Shown here piece after piece: positions 50,607-62,493 of a DNA stretch of 64,000 nucleotides. The position numbers and the translations under genes are program-made. The DNA comes from Basidiobolus meristosporus CBS 931.73 (Eukaryota > Fungi > Basidiobolomycota). Positions within the stretch are counted from its first letter, which is position 1. Every line of letters starts with the position of its first letter. The notes beneath the pieces were generated by a model. That model was not told where the DNA came from, did not search any database, and saw only the letters and a list, made by a program, of their open reading frames with translations. The stretch spans positions 1 through 64,000 of the forward strand of contig MCFE01000064.1 of NCBI GenBank assembly GCA_002104905.1. The letters are read 5' to 3'.

Positions 50607-52223
50607 AAAGAATTACGGCAATTTCAAAGAAATAAAATACGACTATAGTGTCTTTTGTTTTATCAAAGCAATCTTTTCAAGCGCTTCGTATATCCAGCAC
50701 AAGCAAAAGTACAACAATTGATTGAAGTCGAATATTGCACCACACCGATAGTGACGTTAATCCCAACTACATTATATGAATTATCATGCCAGTGAGTAGC
50801 CGATTATCCTAGCATTCTAGGGGTATCAGAAATTTTCGTCGTATATAGTGTACCTGAGTTATGGCAGCAACTTACAATACTACTCTCAGACATTCGCGTC
50901 TCCCCTCAGCTTACCTTACAATACGGGGTTACTATTGATCAACCCACTTGTAGCTATTTGGTGTTACAGATTTTCACATCCGGTGGGCGGGTCTCGTTTT
51001 GTTCGAATTCGAGGCCGAATATACCTCATGAAATCCCAAATGTCGCGTAGAGTGTACTCGATGGCTTGTTACGTCACATAGCTGATTCTCGGTAATACAA
51101 AAACCACATGAAAGGTCCTCATTGAAATTGATTAAAAAATGATATGTACATTCCGCTTGGCGGTTCCAGATCATTTCTGCCTTAGGATACTCCTAGAGTA
51201 TGGGTCTTTGGTTCCTGTTTAGTGGTACAGGCATTGACATTTTAGGGAAAGGGCAAGCTTCCACTAGCACATATATAGGGCTTAGATGAGGTGGATAAGA
51301 GTTTAAAAAGGAATCTAAACAGCATGTGGATATGTTTACCAAATCCTAAAACCGCATTACTATTTGATGTTATACTATAGAAGACTAAGAATTCAGAAAA
51401 ATATCAAAACTGTGTTCGTGGGGACCAGAAAGTTCTTTGGCAGCGGCACCATAGTATTTACCGGAACATAGCAGGCAGATGCCCAGCGATTCCGGTGGTT
51501 CTTTGTGCAGTCGAGATGAGAGGGTGCGATGTGTATCTTTTAGACTCGACATAGGACCAGAAATAAAGATACAAGCTATATAAGGATCAACAAAGATATT
51601 ACTATACCAGACGTGATTTATTGAACATCATTCAGTTCTGAATCAGAGGCTATTGGAGTGACAGCTGCAGATATGAAATGTACTCATATCGATCCACCCT
51701 GAATAGCAGTGCTCAAATATATTAGCAAATCAGAGCAGCAGTCAGATCTACAATCAACTTCTGGACTCACAAGAATAACAATGGATTGCAACCAATGATA
51801 ATATACTTTAGTAGTCCTGCGAAATATGCTATCCGTGAGAACACTGAAGTTGGGGTCATTGCTACATCGCCAAAAGATTGGCTTCAAGGGTTGGGTGGGT
51901 CTGATGTTGATCTACTACTTGATCGGTTCTGTGGCTTGAACTCATCCGGGCATTTAACATTCCTAGTGAGCAGCCGCAATAAATTCATACGCACTCGACC
52001 CTGCCACGTCTTTGCTCCAGCAAACAATAAGTTACTATTTATTTACGACGGGAAAGCCCATTTCTTGGGGGCATTAAACAGAAAGTCTAGAGACTCTTAT
52101 GATCCCATTGCTCAATAATACGAAGCCGCTTACTTTTCCAGAATATAAAAGCACATTTCGTTTCTATCTACAAGGACAAAAAGCACCCCCTTCATCGTTA
52201 TCCTATTGCAGCTGAATCCCCAA

Positions 52224-52643
52224 ATGTACGTATCAACACTACTTTGCTTAGTGATGGTTGGTGCCACTCTCTCCACTCCACTTCCCCACATCTGCAAGCC
52301 AAATGTAGTGGCCGAGGGGCCTAGCACGATCAATGCAGGATGCAAGATGAAGCTACAGTTCACTGTCCCTGCTCATATTCTGAGCACCGTAACCGAGTTG
52401 GATGTGAAGCTGTATCCAGACGGTTCTCACTATGGAGCTCTTGTGGACCAAGTGAAGACCGAGGATGTACAAAGTGGCCAACAGAGCCTTGAAGCTATGT
52501 TTACAGTCAGTGGGAAACACCTGGGAAAATCAACTCTGGTACTGACCGAGTCATCTCATAAGGAGACTGGGTGTCCAGTAGTATATGGCGTTCACGAGGT
52601 TGTCGTACTCCCAAGTAACTCAGATGTGATGTGCATCTTCTAA
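52224..52643 (+). CDS. Secreted 139-aa array protein, subfamily D
   Basis: 420-bp ORF MYVSTLLCLVMVGATLS|TPLPHICK...DVMCIF. Confidence 0.9.
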   Translation: MYVSTLLCLVMVGATLSTPLPHICKPNVVAEGPSTINAGCKMKLQFTVPAHILSTVTELDVKLYPDGSHYGALVDQVKTEDVQSGQQSLEAMFTVSGKHLGKSTLVLTESSHKETGCPVVYGVHEVVVLPSNSDVMCIF

Positions 52644-53663
52644 ATCCAACATGGGCACACATAATGGAAAATATACTGTAGATACTTCAAGGCCAATAAA
52701 TATTGCCACCTCGCGATACTTCGAATGATTTTACAAATCTTTTGATATGCAGTATCCTAAAATATCAGTACGACAGTTGATAAGGTGAATTATTCCAACA
52801 AAAACGTGGCAAAGGGTTAAGTATGGCGAACTACGTCTTTGTTCGCAGAGTCCAAGTCAAAATTTTCAAGTTATTAAAGGTTCTTTAATACAGATAAATT
52901 GAAAGCGATATAATAGTATCCTTCAACCATTCAACCATGTTATTATTATTGTTACACATCAGTTAGTGGCGCATTTTTTCACATTCTACAAACAAATTCT
53001 CAACTGAGGTAACAATGTAATACAACTAATCGGTGTAACAGTCATGTTCATGGTTGGACTGTTGGCAGCTATGCCAGTAGCTTTATTGAATTGTCCAAAA
53101 ATATCAGCTGAAAATACTGAAGTTGTAGTCATTGCTGCATCATCAAAATATCTGCTGCATGGGTTGGGTGAGTCTGATGTCGATCAATCACTTGATCGAC
53201 TCGGTAACTTGAGCTCATCCTGAAAATAAACCCCAGGATACCACGGGGAAACAAACCTGCCTAAGGGGCCTAGTTGTGACACCGCTGCCAGGTTTTCTGA
53301 TAAATTCGTTAATAACACTACAACTTGCTGGGATCAGTTCTCTTAGGGGCTGTGGGTATTTTGCCAGTGGATCCTCCTCAAGAAGCTAGATGTAATTGAA
53401 CACATTATAGTCGATAAATTGTAACACCTGTGTAAGACTTTCGGATGCCACTCGCTAAAGACTTTTCGATGAAAAAATTAGGCCCGAAGGTCTAGAAACA
53501 TCGATGGAAGGAAAGGATACAGCGATATATGCATGATGGATACTCTATTCTTGGCCACTAAGCCACCTATAAAGATCACTGTGAATAAAAGCATACCTCC
53601 ATCCCTTTCGAGTTTACCATCATCAGTCCAATCTCCTATTTTGCATTGCTACAATACGCTGCT

Positions 53664-54083
53664 ATGTTCATGTCTACTCTTCTTTCTCTTGCTATGGTGG
53701 GTGTCAGCTTCTCAGCTCCGTTTCCCTACATCTGTAAACCAAACGTGGAGATCGAGGGAACTAGGGTGACGAATGCTGGATGCAGTATCAAACTCGAGCT
53801 GGCTATTTCCTCCGGAATTCTGAGCACAGTCAGCTCACTCGATGTCAAGTTGTACAAAGGTAACTCACCTCGTGGGATTCTGGTGCATCAGGTACAGACC
53901 AAAGGTACACAAGCCGGCCAAGGAAACGTGGAGATACTTTTCCCCGTCGGCAGCGAATACCTAGGAAATAATACGTTGATTGTGACCGAGACATCGCGCA
54001 AACAAACACAATGCCCACGAGTGTATGGAACGCACGGGTTGCGGGTGCTTCCAGCTAGTGGTGATGTCATGTGTATATTTTAG
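53664..54083 (+). CDS. Secreted 139-aa 4-Cys array protein, subfamily A copy 2
   Basis: 420-bp ORF differing from copy A1 by one residue (PVSSEY vs PVGSEY). Confidence 0.88.
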   Translation: MFMSTLLSLAMVGVSFSAPFPYICKPNVEIEGTRVTNAGCSIKLELAISSGILSTVSSLDVKLYKGNSPRGILVHQVQTKGTQAGQGNVEILFPVGSEYLGNNTLIVTETSRKQTQCPRVYGTHGLRVLPASGDVMCIF

Positions 54084-54220
54084 GCAATCTGTAAGCAACA
54101 TGACAGCAAGTAAAGTAATCACATCGGGCAGACATTATGAATAAACAAAGCTACAGCAGACCTTTAAACTCTACAAGCCGAGTGAATATTCCACAGAACC
54201 TTAAAGACCCAAGTGGAAAG

Positions 54221-54310
54221 TGGCTAGTGCCACCCTATCCGCTCCACTTTCCAACATCTATAAGCCAAAAAGGTAGCGAGCGTGGGGCCTAACACGATCG
54301 ATTCTGGTGC
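54221..54310 (+). pseudogene. Degenerate 5' fragment of an array gene
   Basis: gccaccctatccgctccactttccaacatctataagccaaaa...ggggcctaacacgatc matches the ATLSAPLP.ICKP...GPST region, with C24 lost, a stop and a frameshift; preceded by a deleted promoter remnant. Confidence 0.75.
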
Positions 54311-55396
54311 AATCTGGTGGCAATGATATTCGTATTCTGCGGATATATCTTGGGTGTTTCAATTTGCAAGAACCATATATTGAATGCCATGCACTAAACC
54401 GGATTGCTATTAGAAGATGTTGCATGTCTAGAACATCTTTGGTGTTCGATAAAATTTAAGTTACGTTTGGAATTTTAGATTTTTCCATAGTTCATCGCCT
54501 GGATACGATAATTTCGAGGCAGCAAAGTACACTTCCCATTCTCACTGTAACTGAATAATGTTACGCTCGTCGAAGGCTAATGCATTTTGTCGCATTCCTA
54601 CTCTTGTGTTGATGCCATGAATATTTTATAGTTGGGTATTCAGGTGGAAACTTTCTCAAAAAAACGTGGCAATGACCGAGGTGTAACCATTTGCATTTCC
54701 TATCCATCGGAAATTTCTATAAATAACCTTCAAACGAAAAAATAAAGTATTTTAATGATTCAATGTCGTGAGTATTCTGACTGCGCCCTGGTTAGTGGTA
54801 TACGCTCTAGGGACAGTCCACAATCGATAAGGTATCTAGCTAAAAAAAGATCTCCACAACAAATAGGAATAAGAGCCGGGCATACAATCAACTTCTGGGC
54901 CCACAACAGGAATAATGTCATATTACATACATTAATAATATGAATGAAATGGCATACGAAATACGTATGAGAAATCAAGTTGCGGTAGCTTCTACATCGC
55001 CGGAATGTTTACTGCAAAGGTTGCGAGAATGTGATGTTGATCAATTACTTGACCGGTCCTGTAACTTGGAATCGTCCAATCGCGTCGAATCCATTGGTTC
55101 TCGCCACAGCCATTTCTTCACTTTAACACACAACCAGTTACTGTGACTCAACAACGGAATCACCCATCTCTTGGAGGCAATAAGTAGAGATTTTAGGGAG
55201 CCTTAGAGGCTCTAGTGGAATACGGTGAGACATCAAGGGAATCCCTGAAGAAATGATAATGAAAGATAGGTAGATTCTACGGATCGGTATTACCTATTCA
55301 CTTGTATTTTCACAAATATAAAAGTGACTCTCATTTTCATTTGTTGGGACAAGAAACACGACTTTCATCGTTATTCGATTGCACCAAAATCTCCAA

Positions 55397-55816
55397 ATGT
55401 ACATTTCAACACTATTCTCCTTGGCAATGGCTGGAGCCTCCCTCTCCGCTCCACTCCCCCAGGTCTGTAAGCTAAATGTGGTTAGCCAGGGACCTGAAGT
55501 TATCAACGTAGGATGTAAGATAAAGCTGCAGCTCACTGTCCCTGCGCATATTCTCAGTGCAGTAGACACATTGGATATAAAGTTGTATCCAAGTGGGTCT
55601 CGTCGAGGTACGCTTGCGCATCAAGTGAATACCAAGGATGTGCAAAGTGGCCAGCAGAGCATCGAAGCCGTGTTCCCGATCAGTGGGAGACACCTGGGCA
55701 AATCAACGTTGGTGCTGACCGAATCACCCTATCAAGGGTTAGGGTGCCCAGCAGTGTATGGTGTTCATGAGGTGACCGTGCTTCCCAGTAGCCCAGATGT
55801 GATGTGTATTCTGTAG
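55397..55816 (+). CDS. Secreted 139-aa 4-Cys array protein, subfamily E copy 1
   Basis: 420-bp ORF MYISTLFSLAMAGASLS|APLPQVCK...DVMCIL. Confidence 0.9.
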   Translation: MYISTLFSLAMAGASLSAPLPQVCKLNVVSQGPEVINVGCKIKLQLTVPAHILSAVDTLDIKLYPSGSRRGTLAHQVNTKDVQSGQQSIEAVFPISGRHLGKSTLVLTESPYQGLGCPAVYGVHEVTVLPSSPDVMCIL

Positions 55817-56830
55817 ATTCAATCCCGTTCACGACAAGTAATTATACGAAAAGAACATTCACAAATCAATAAACGCCACTCTTTTTCTGGCCTCATAAGT
55901 ATGTTTGTAATGTTCATGGTAGTGATGTAGGTCTGGGCAAGAAACGCAGTACCGGACTTGGCCTAACCAATATAGTTTCGGTACATCAATGTAACTTCGA
56001 TTTAGCTCGCCTATGTCAGCCATGTCTAGATTTTAGGTTTCACATCTGATTTTTAATGGTTGAATAGTAGTACAAATATCCACATTCTGGGGTCATGTCA
56101 ATCTTGTTTCGATCAAAAGCAATATGAATATATTTTAAATGCATCAATATTCAACCGTGTAAATAGAAGGTAAGGGGAAATCAATCCAGTTGGATACTGA
56201 CAATGACCAGTTACCGTTGAGAATTCTGATCTGATGGAGGGCTCGGAATTCCCTACTGAAAGACTAAAGGAACGGATACACATTAACACTGGGCAATCAG
56301 CAAATGAAGATATTGAACGATATAAAAGTAGCAGACGGGGCCATATTTAATTTCCAGACCAACAAAAAGAACAAAATCACAATCCTTCTATAAGTGATGT
56401 GAATGATGCGCCTTGCGAGATATACTACCTGTGAGAGTATTGTAACTGTGGTACCTTGCTACCTCACCAAGGGCTTGACAGTAAGGGTTAGATTGGTCTT
56501 ATGAAGATCAGCTACTTCATCAGTCCTGTGGCTCGAAATCATCCGGACATCTAAACAGGCCTAGTGAGGAATTGTAACAAATATATTGGTTCTCGACCCT
56601 ACCATGCTTTTGCTCCTACAAGCATCCAGTTACTGGCCATCAACGACGGGAATACCCATTTCCTGGGGCAGCAAGGGGAATTTGGGTGGAGCTCAAAGGC
56701 GCAAGTGGAATAGGCCGAAACACTGATGGAATTTCAAAGAAATGCGAATAAAATGCCAGGGTCAAATAGATCCTGTTGTTCAATACTACTCAACCACCTG
56801 CGTTTTCCAAAATACAAATCACATTCAATT

Positions 56831-56977
56831 GTATTTCCAGTCAGTGGGAAACACCTGGGCAAATCAACTCCGGTACTGACCGAATCATTACATAACGATA
56901 TCGGATGCCCCTCAGTGTATGGCATTCATGAGGTAGCCGTACTCCCAAGTAGCTCAGGTGTGATGTGCATCCTTTAG
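56831..56977 (+). pseudogene. 3' fragment of a D/E-like array gene; 5' two-thirds deleted
   Basis: VFPVSGKHLGKSTPVLTESLHNDIGCPSVYGIHEVAVLPSSSGVMCIL* is fused directly to the family promoter region, with no signal peptide or ATG. Confidence 0.85.
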
Positions 56978-59259
56978 ATCATGTACCGATGTACACAAAC
57001 GATTATATGCTAGAGGTACTCAACGATCAATAAATATCGTTCCCTTGCCATGCTTCAGATGGTTCTACGAGTATATTGCAGTCCTGGATCAAAGACGAAC
57101 GGAGTGACAAATGTATGCGTGGGATATCCCAATAGTGTGGCATTGCTGGTGGTGTAGCTAGCTTTGTATTCCCTGGCGTAGATGCCAGCAATCCAGGTTC
57201 TTTGGAGGCATGTCAATAACTAATCCTGGAAATAGGGCACTACAGGTGTTGAGTATTGACGTTGACATCGCTACACCCTGCATAGGGTGCATAGATCGCT
57301 AGCACCCTTACAAGGTTAGAGGTTGCAGGTTGGTGGTTGGTGGTACAAGTATCCACAATCTGGGGACGACTCACGGTTGATTCAGGATGTAAATTGAGGC
57401 ACCGAAAAATATTAACAAACCAGAACCACAGTCAAGACCACATTTAGCTTGAGGGCCAACATCTGATGCTGATCAACTGCTTGATCGGTTCTGTGGCTTA
57501 GAATCATCCGGACATCTGAGCAGGCTTAGTGAGTGACTACAGTAAGTACATCGGTTCTCGATTCTACCATGCCTTTGCTCGCACAAGCAACCAGTTACTG
57601 GCCATCAACGACGAGATTGCCCATCTCTTGGGGACAGTAAGCGGATATTCCAGAGAGCCTTAGAGGCTCAAGTGGAACATGGTGAGACATTGATGGAATA
57701 ATGAAGGAATGGAAAGAGATGTCAGGGTCAGATAGATTCTATTGCGCAATACTACTCGGCCACCTGTACTTTGTAAATTATAAAAGCACATTCCACTTCC
57801 ACCTATTTGGACAAGGAACACCACTTGCATCGTTATCCCATTACAACTGAATCTCCAAATGTACGTATCAACATTACTCTCCTTAGTGATGGTTGGTGCA
57901 ACCCTCTCCGCTCCACTTCCCAAGGTATGCAAGCCAAACGTAGTGACCAAGGGGCCTAGCGCGATCAACGCAGGATGCAAGATGAGGCTACAGCTTACTT
58001 TCCCTGCTCACTCTCTGAGTGCAGTGAGCACACTGAATGTGAGGTTCTATCAGGAGAATTCTCGTCATGGAACTCTGGTGCACCAAGTGAAAGCTAAGGA
58101 AGTGAAAAGCGACCAAGCGACCATTGAAGCCATGTTCCCAGTCGGGGGGAATTACTTGGGAAATGGAACATTGATAGTTACCGAAGCAGCTAGCAGGAAT
58201 ATCAAGTGCCCAGCAATATATGGCATTCATGAATTATCCATACTTCCTAGTATCCCTGATGTGATGTGCACTTTTTAACCACGAATCGACATACCATGAA
58301 TGGTCAAACATTAGAATCTCCCAAAGATCAATAAATAGCATCATTTTGCTGCTCCCGAAGTTGGAGCGAAGATAATATCTTGTAGGGAATAGTAGATATT
58401 TTGAGTGACAGTTGTGTGAGAACATCATCAAGAAACGTAGCATTATAGATCTTCCAGTTAATGGATCATCCACTTGCAAATGAGTCAATACCGGTGCAGT
58501 TATCGTCAAATACGAATTACCTATTGATTTTGCAACAGTTTTTTCTGTGCATGCAAAAATTCCTATTCCAGAAACATGTCTCTTAGATTCGAGTGTAGAT
58601 AGAATTGAGGGTACACATGAGTTGAAATTAAGCTCTGATTTTTTTACCCCATGTGCAGTATTTTAATTGCTGAATGCGTAGCGTGTTGAGCACATGGTGT
58701 CCAGGACTCACAGGAAGTCGAATTGTCGAATAGTATGTATCAGTATATTCACTTTGGGGACAGTTTCAAAGCGAGGTGTATAACGAATACAAACTTTATT
58801 AATCGTAAAATGAGTTACGCACATATAGCCGCACCTGATATTGATCACTATAAAAGTATGCTCTCACCTCCCACTATCTCATCACAAGCAACGCTTTCAA
58901 CTGAAACTTTTCAACAATTCAGCAATGATCGTGACCTCTCTAGTCGCTCTTGCCATGGTGGGCTCCACCCTCGCGGCTCCATTGCCCAAGATATGTAAGC
59001 AGAACGTTGCACTCCAGGCACCCAAGGAGATCCAAGCTGGATGCAGCATGAGACTTCGAATCTCCATTCCTGCTCATGTACTGAGCACCGTTGAGTCGCT
59101 GGATGTGAAGCTCTACCCTGGAAAATCTCACCATGGAGCTTTGGTGCACCGAGTTCAAACGAAGGATATCCTCAGCAACCAGGAGAATATCGACATGATG
59201 TTCCCAGTGACCAGTAAATTCTTGGGAAGCAATACGTTGCTACTCACCGAAACATCCCA
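56976..59259 (+). repeat. ~2.3-kb segmental duplication, copy 2 (partner 48245-50521)
   Basis: Begins within the stop codon of the pseudogene fragment; near-identical to copy 1. Confidence 0.93.
57859..58278 (+). CDS. Secreted 139-aa 4-Cys array protein, subfamily B copy 2
   Basis: 420-bp ORF with two residue changes vs B1 (TEGPST vs TKGPSA). Confidence 0.9.
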   Translation: MYVSTLLSLVMVGATLSAPLPKVCKPNVVTKGPSAINAGCKMRLQLTFPAHSLSAVSTLNVRFYQENSRHGTLVHQVKAKEVKSDQATIEAMFPVGGNYLGNGTLIVTEAASRNIKCPAIYGIHELSILPSIPDVMCTF

Positions 59260-59344
59260 CAATGGAATGAGTTGTCCGATAATTTATGGGACACAGGAGC
59301 TAGTTGTTCGTCCAAGAAGAGCCGATGTGATGTGCGCTTTTTAA
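58925..59344 (+). CDS. Secreted 139-aa 4-Cys array protein, subfamily C copy 2 (mosaic 3' end)
   Basis: 420-bp ORF; matches C1 over most of its length but ends NGMSCPIIYGTQELVVRPRRADVMCAF. Confidence 0.9.
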   Translation: MIVTSLVALAMVGSTLAAPLPKICKQNVALQAPKEIQAGCSMRLRISIPAHVLSTVESLDVKLYPGKSHHGALVHRVQTKDILSNQENIDMMFPVTSKFLGSNTLLLTETSHNGMSCPIIYGTQELVVRPRRADVMCAF

Positions 59345-60832
59345 AATTGACTAGAAAAATCAAAATACCTTTCACTATGATGTTCTATTTGAGTATGACC
59401 GTATGAAACCATACTATTCTGTAAGCTAAAAATAGCATCGCATTCTGGCTTATTTGATTCAGCATAGTATTTGAAATGCTTTGACCTAAAATACTAAATA
59501 ACGCCTTTCACACTAGGCTTTTGAAACCATACTCTGAAATCGTATACATTTCTTGGTGGTCATGGAAAATTGTCGCGTTTTGAGGACAATTCCCATCATA
59601 GGACTTTTGTCAAGTTTAAGCGGTGAGTATGCTCAATAGTTCGGAAAATGTGGAGGCTGTGTTCTGAATGATGCTTTGCCCAACCGAAACTTCTCGGTTT
59701 CACATCGGGTGTTCAACTTTAATGAATGACTAAGACTTCAAAATTGAAATCCACCCTGAACTCATTCGACAGGATCGTGATCCAGATTTATTGCGACCTG
59801 GTTTATTTGATGTAACGGCATGTTACTGCTTATTTTCATGTTTCGATCCTTTTATAACAGGCAAGATTAAAATAGCCATTAATTATTACTGCCTCACATT
59901 GATACAATTTTACCAACACGATTTGGTCCAGCTTCCTGGATTAATCGCATTGATTACCTCAACTTTCTGGCTTCGGATATGTACTTGGATATTAGTAAAA
60001 ATGGGATCATATTAGTCACACACAGAATGGTTTTCGTGTTTTGAAAATAATATAAGATGGTTGGATTTTTATCATCGTGTGCAACATACGCGATGGCTTA
60101 CTAACTTTTCTAGCTGATGCTCGGGGCTATATACATAGTTCCATTTAGCAGTTCCAGATCCTTGCTACCTTGGGCTACTAGAAGACCATGCGTCTTTAGC
60201 TCTTGCGGAGTGGTACACGTATCTAATAATTACACTATAGGAAGTAAATTAAAATTTGAAAGGTATTCCACACACAACTGGGCTAGATACACAAACTTCC
60301 GTGATTGTTTATTCCTGCGCATATTCTGGATACTTTCGGATCTTCAGATATGATGTTACGTCCTGCCTACTGTCATCCCGGGATCTTGGTAAATTATGCT
60401 AGAGCAAAGGAAATCTTTGGCAACCAAGTGAATATCAACGTAATGAAGTTGGGTGCCTAGCGATTTATGGAGTTGAGAAGATATTTGTGCAGCCAAGCAG
60501 ACCGGATGCGGTGTGTATTTTTTAGACTCATCATTGGGTGAAATATAAAGATGCGCACCATAAAAAGATCAATATCATTTTATTGCAATACTTCCAATGA
60601 TTTTATGACCTTGGCATTTTCGAATTTCAGGTTATTAGAGTGATTAGTGGTAAGGTGGAATTCCTAAGGAACGTGGCATTTGTGTTGGTGTAACAAAGTT
60701 TGTATTTATTCATGAAGATGGCAGTGATCTCGATGAATTGGAGGCGTATCAGTATGAAACCAATTACTAAACACGAATACAAAGCAATCCAAGAATTGAA
60801 TAAAGGCATTGATATCGCTCCAACCTGAACAT

Positions 60833-60850
60833 TGTGTGTGTGTGTGTGTG
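60833..60850. repeat. (TG)n microsatellite
   Basis: 9 TG units. Confidence 0.95.
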
Positions 60851-61365
60851 CTAACAATACCCTAATGAGGCTAAAACCTGTTGCTTGATGATGCTATGAT
60901 CCACAATATGGGGACGGTCCGCACTTGATTATGTATCCTGGTTGAAGTATCGAAATATATCAGCAATTCAGAGTAATAGACTAGATTGTAATTGAACTCT
61001 GGGAGCAAAATAGATGCATTCCCAAATTGTATCCATTAATGATATGAATGCCATGCTAATAATGTTGCCTAGGGGGACACTAAAGCCACGGTTTTTGTTA
61101 CATTCCCTAAGGTGCTAAATACAAAAATATCATCCGTTCTAGACCCAGCCATCCCCTAGCTCCAGAAAACAACCAGTTATATCCCATCGGCGACGGATTT
61201 AAACATTTCGTGGGGGCATAAGCTGAAGGTCTAGAGACCCTTATAATCCAAATACTCCGTATCACAAAGTCACTAATTTTGGATGATATAAAAGTGCATT
61301 TGGTGTCTACCCACAAGGGCAAGCAACACGACTTTCATCATTATTTTATGCAACTGGATCTCCGA

Positions 61366-61785
61366 ATGTACATCTCAACATTGCTCTCCCTGGTGCTGGT
61401 TGGAGTCACTCTCTCCGCTCCACTTCCCCAGGTCTGCAAGTCAAATGCGGTTAGCCAGGGACCTAAAGCTATCAATGTAGGATGTAAGATAAAGCTGCAG
61501 CTCACTGTCCCTGCGCATATTCTCAGTGCAGTAGACACATTGGATATAAAGTTATATCCAAGTGGGTCTCGTCGAGGTACGCTTGTGCATCAAGTGAATA
61601 CCAAGGATGTGCAAAGTGGCCAGCAGAGCATCGAAGCCGTGTTCCCGATCAGTGGGAGACACCTGGGCAAATCAACGTTGGTGCTGACCGAATCACCCTA
61701 TCAAGGGATAGGGTGCCCAGCAGTGTATGGTGTTCATGAGGTGACAGTGCTTCCCAGTAGCCCAGATGTGATGTGTATTCTGTAG
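61366..61785 (+). CDS. Secreted 139-aa 4-Cys array protein, subfamily E copy 2
   Basis: 420-bp ORF MYISTLLSLVLVGVTLS|APLPQVCK...DVMCIL. Confidence 0.9.
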   Translation: MYISTLLSLVLVGVTLSAPLPQVCKSNAVSQGPKAINVGCKIKLQLTVPAHILSAVDTLDIKLYPSGSRRGTLVHQVNTKDVQSGQQSIEAVFPISGRHLGKSTLVLTESPYQGIGCPAVYGVHEVTVLPSSPDVMCIL

Positions 61786-62493
61786 ATTCAATCCCGTTCA
61801 CGACAAGTAATTATACGAAAAGAATATTCACAAATCAATAAACTTCCCTATTTTCCTGTCAAAAGTGTGTTTGCAGTGTCATTTAATCGAGAATAACACC
61901 TGATCATAACCATGGTAGTGATGTAGGTCTTGGCAAGAGATATAGCATCTGACTTGACCTAATTAGTATAATAGTATATCTATTTCACAAATCTCTATCG
62001 AATGGAAATAGAGAGTAAGAGATAATCGAACTGATGAGACATATCGAAGTCCGCTCAGAACACAACGTGCGATTTAGCGTAGCATCACTTTATGTAGGAG
62101 TTCTCGGATCTCCATATTTCTTCTACTGCAATGACACGAGCCCAATATTTTCTAGCTAGTTTTTTCTCACTAATATGGCATTTGCTCGCAAATGCGAGAA
62201 TATTAATACAGTTACCATCACACTCAAATTATTTAATGGAATTGCTGAATTTTTGTTATTTACTCTTATCACACAATAGGAGTTCCACATATATAACCGC
62301 ACCTATTATCGATCGCTATAGATCAGAGGCTGTTGCAAAGCATATTGTATATTGAATACGTGTTTTATTCATCAGAAAACGAGTTCCACACATATAACCG
62401 TACCTGATATTGATCACTATAAAAGTATGCTCTCATTCCCGACTATTTCATCACAAGAAACGCTTTCAACTGAGCCTTTTCAATAATTCCATA

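Noticed and set aside
48921-58509. Recurrent minus-strand ORFs over the array (e.g. 48921-49229, 49495-49827, 57660-57980, 58234-58509)
   Set aside because: They recur only because the DNA is recently duplicated, use TTG/GTG-type starts or differ in length between copies, and are not preserved in older paralogs
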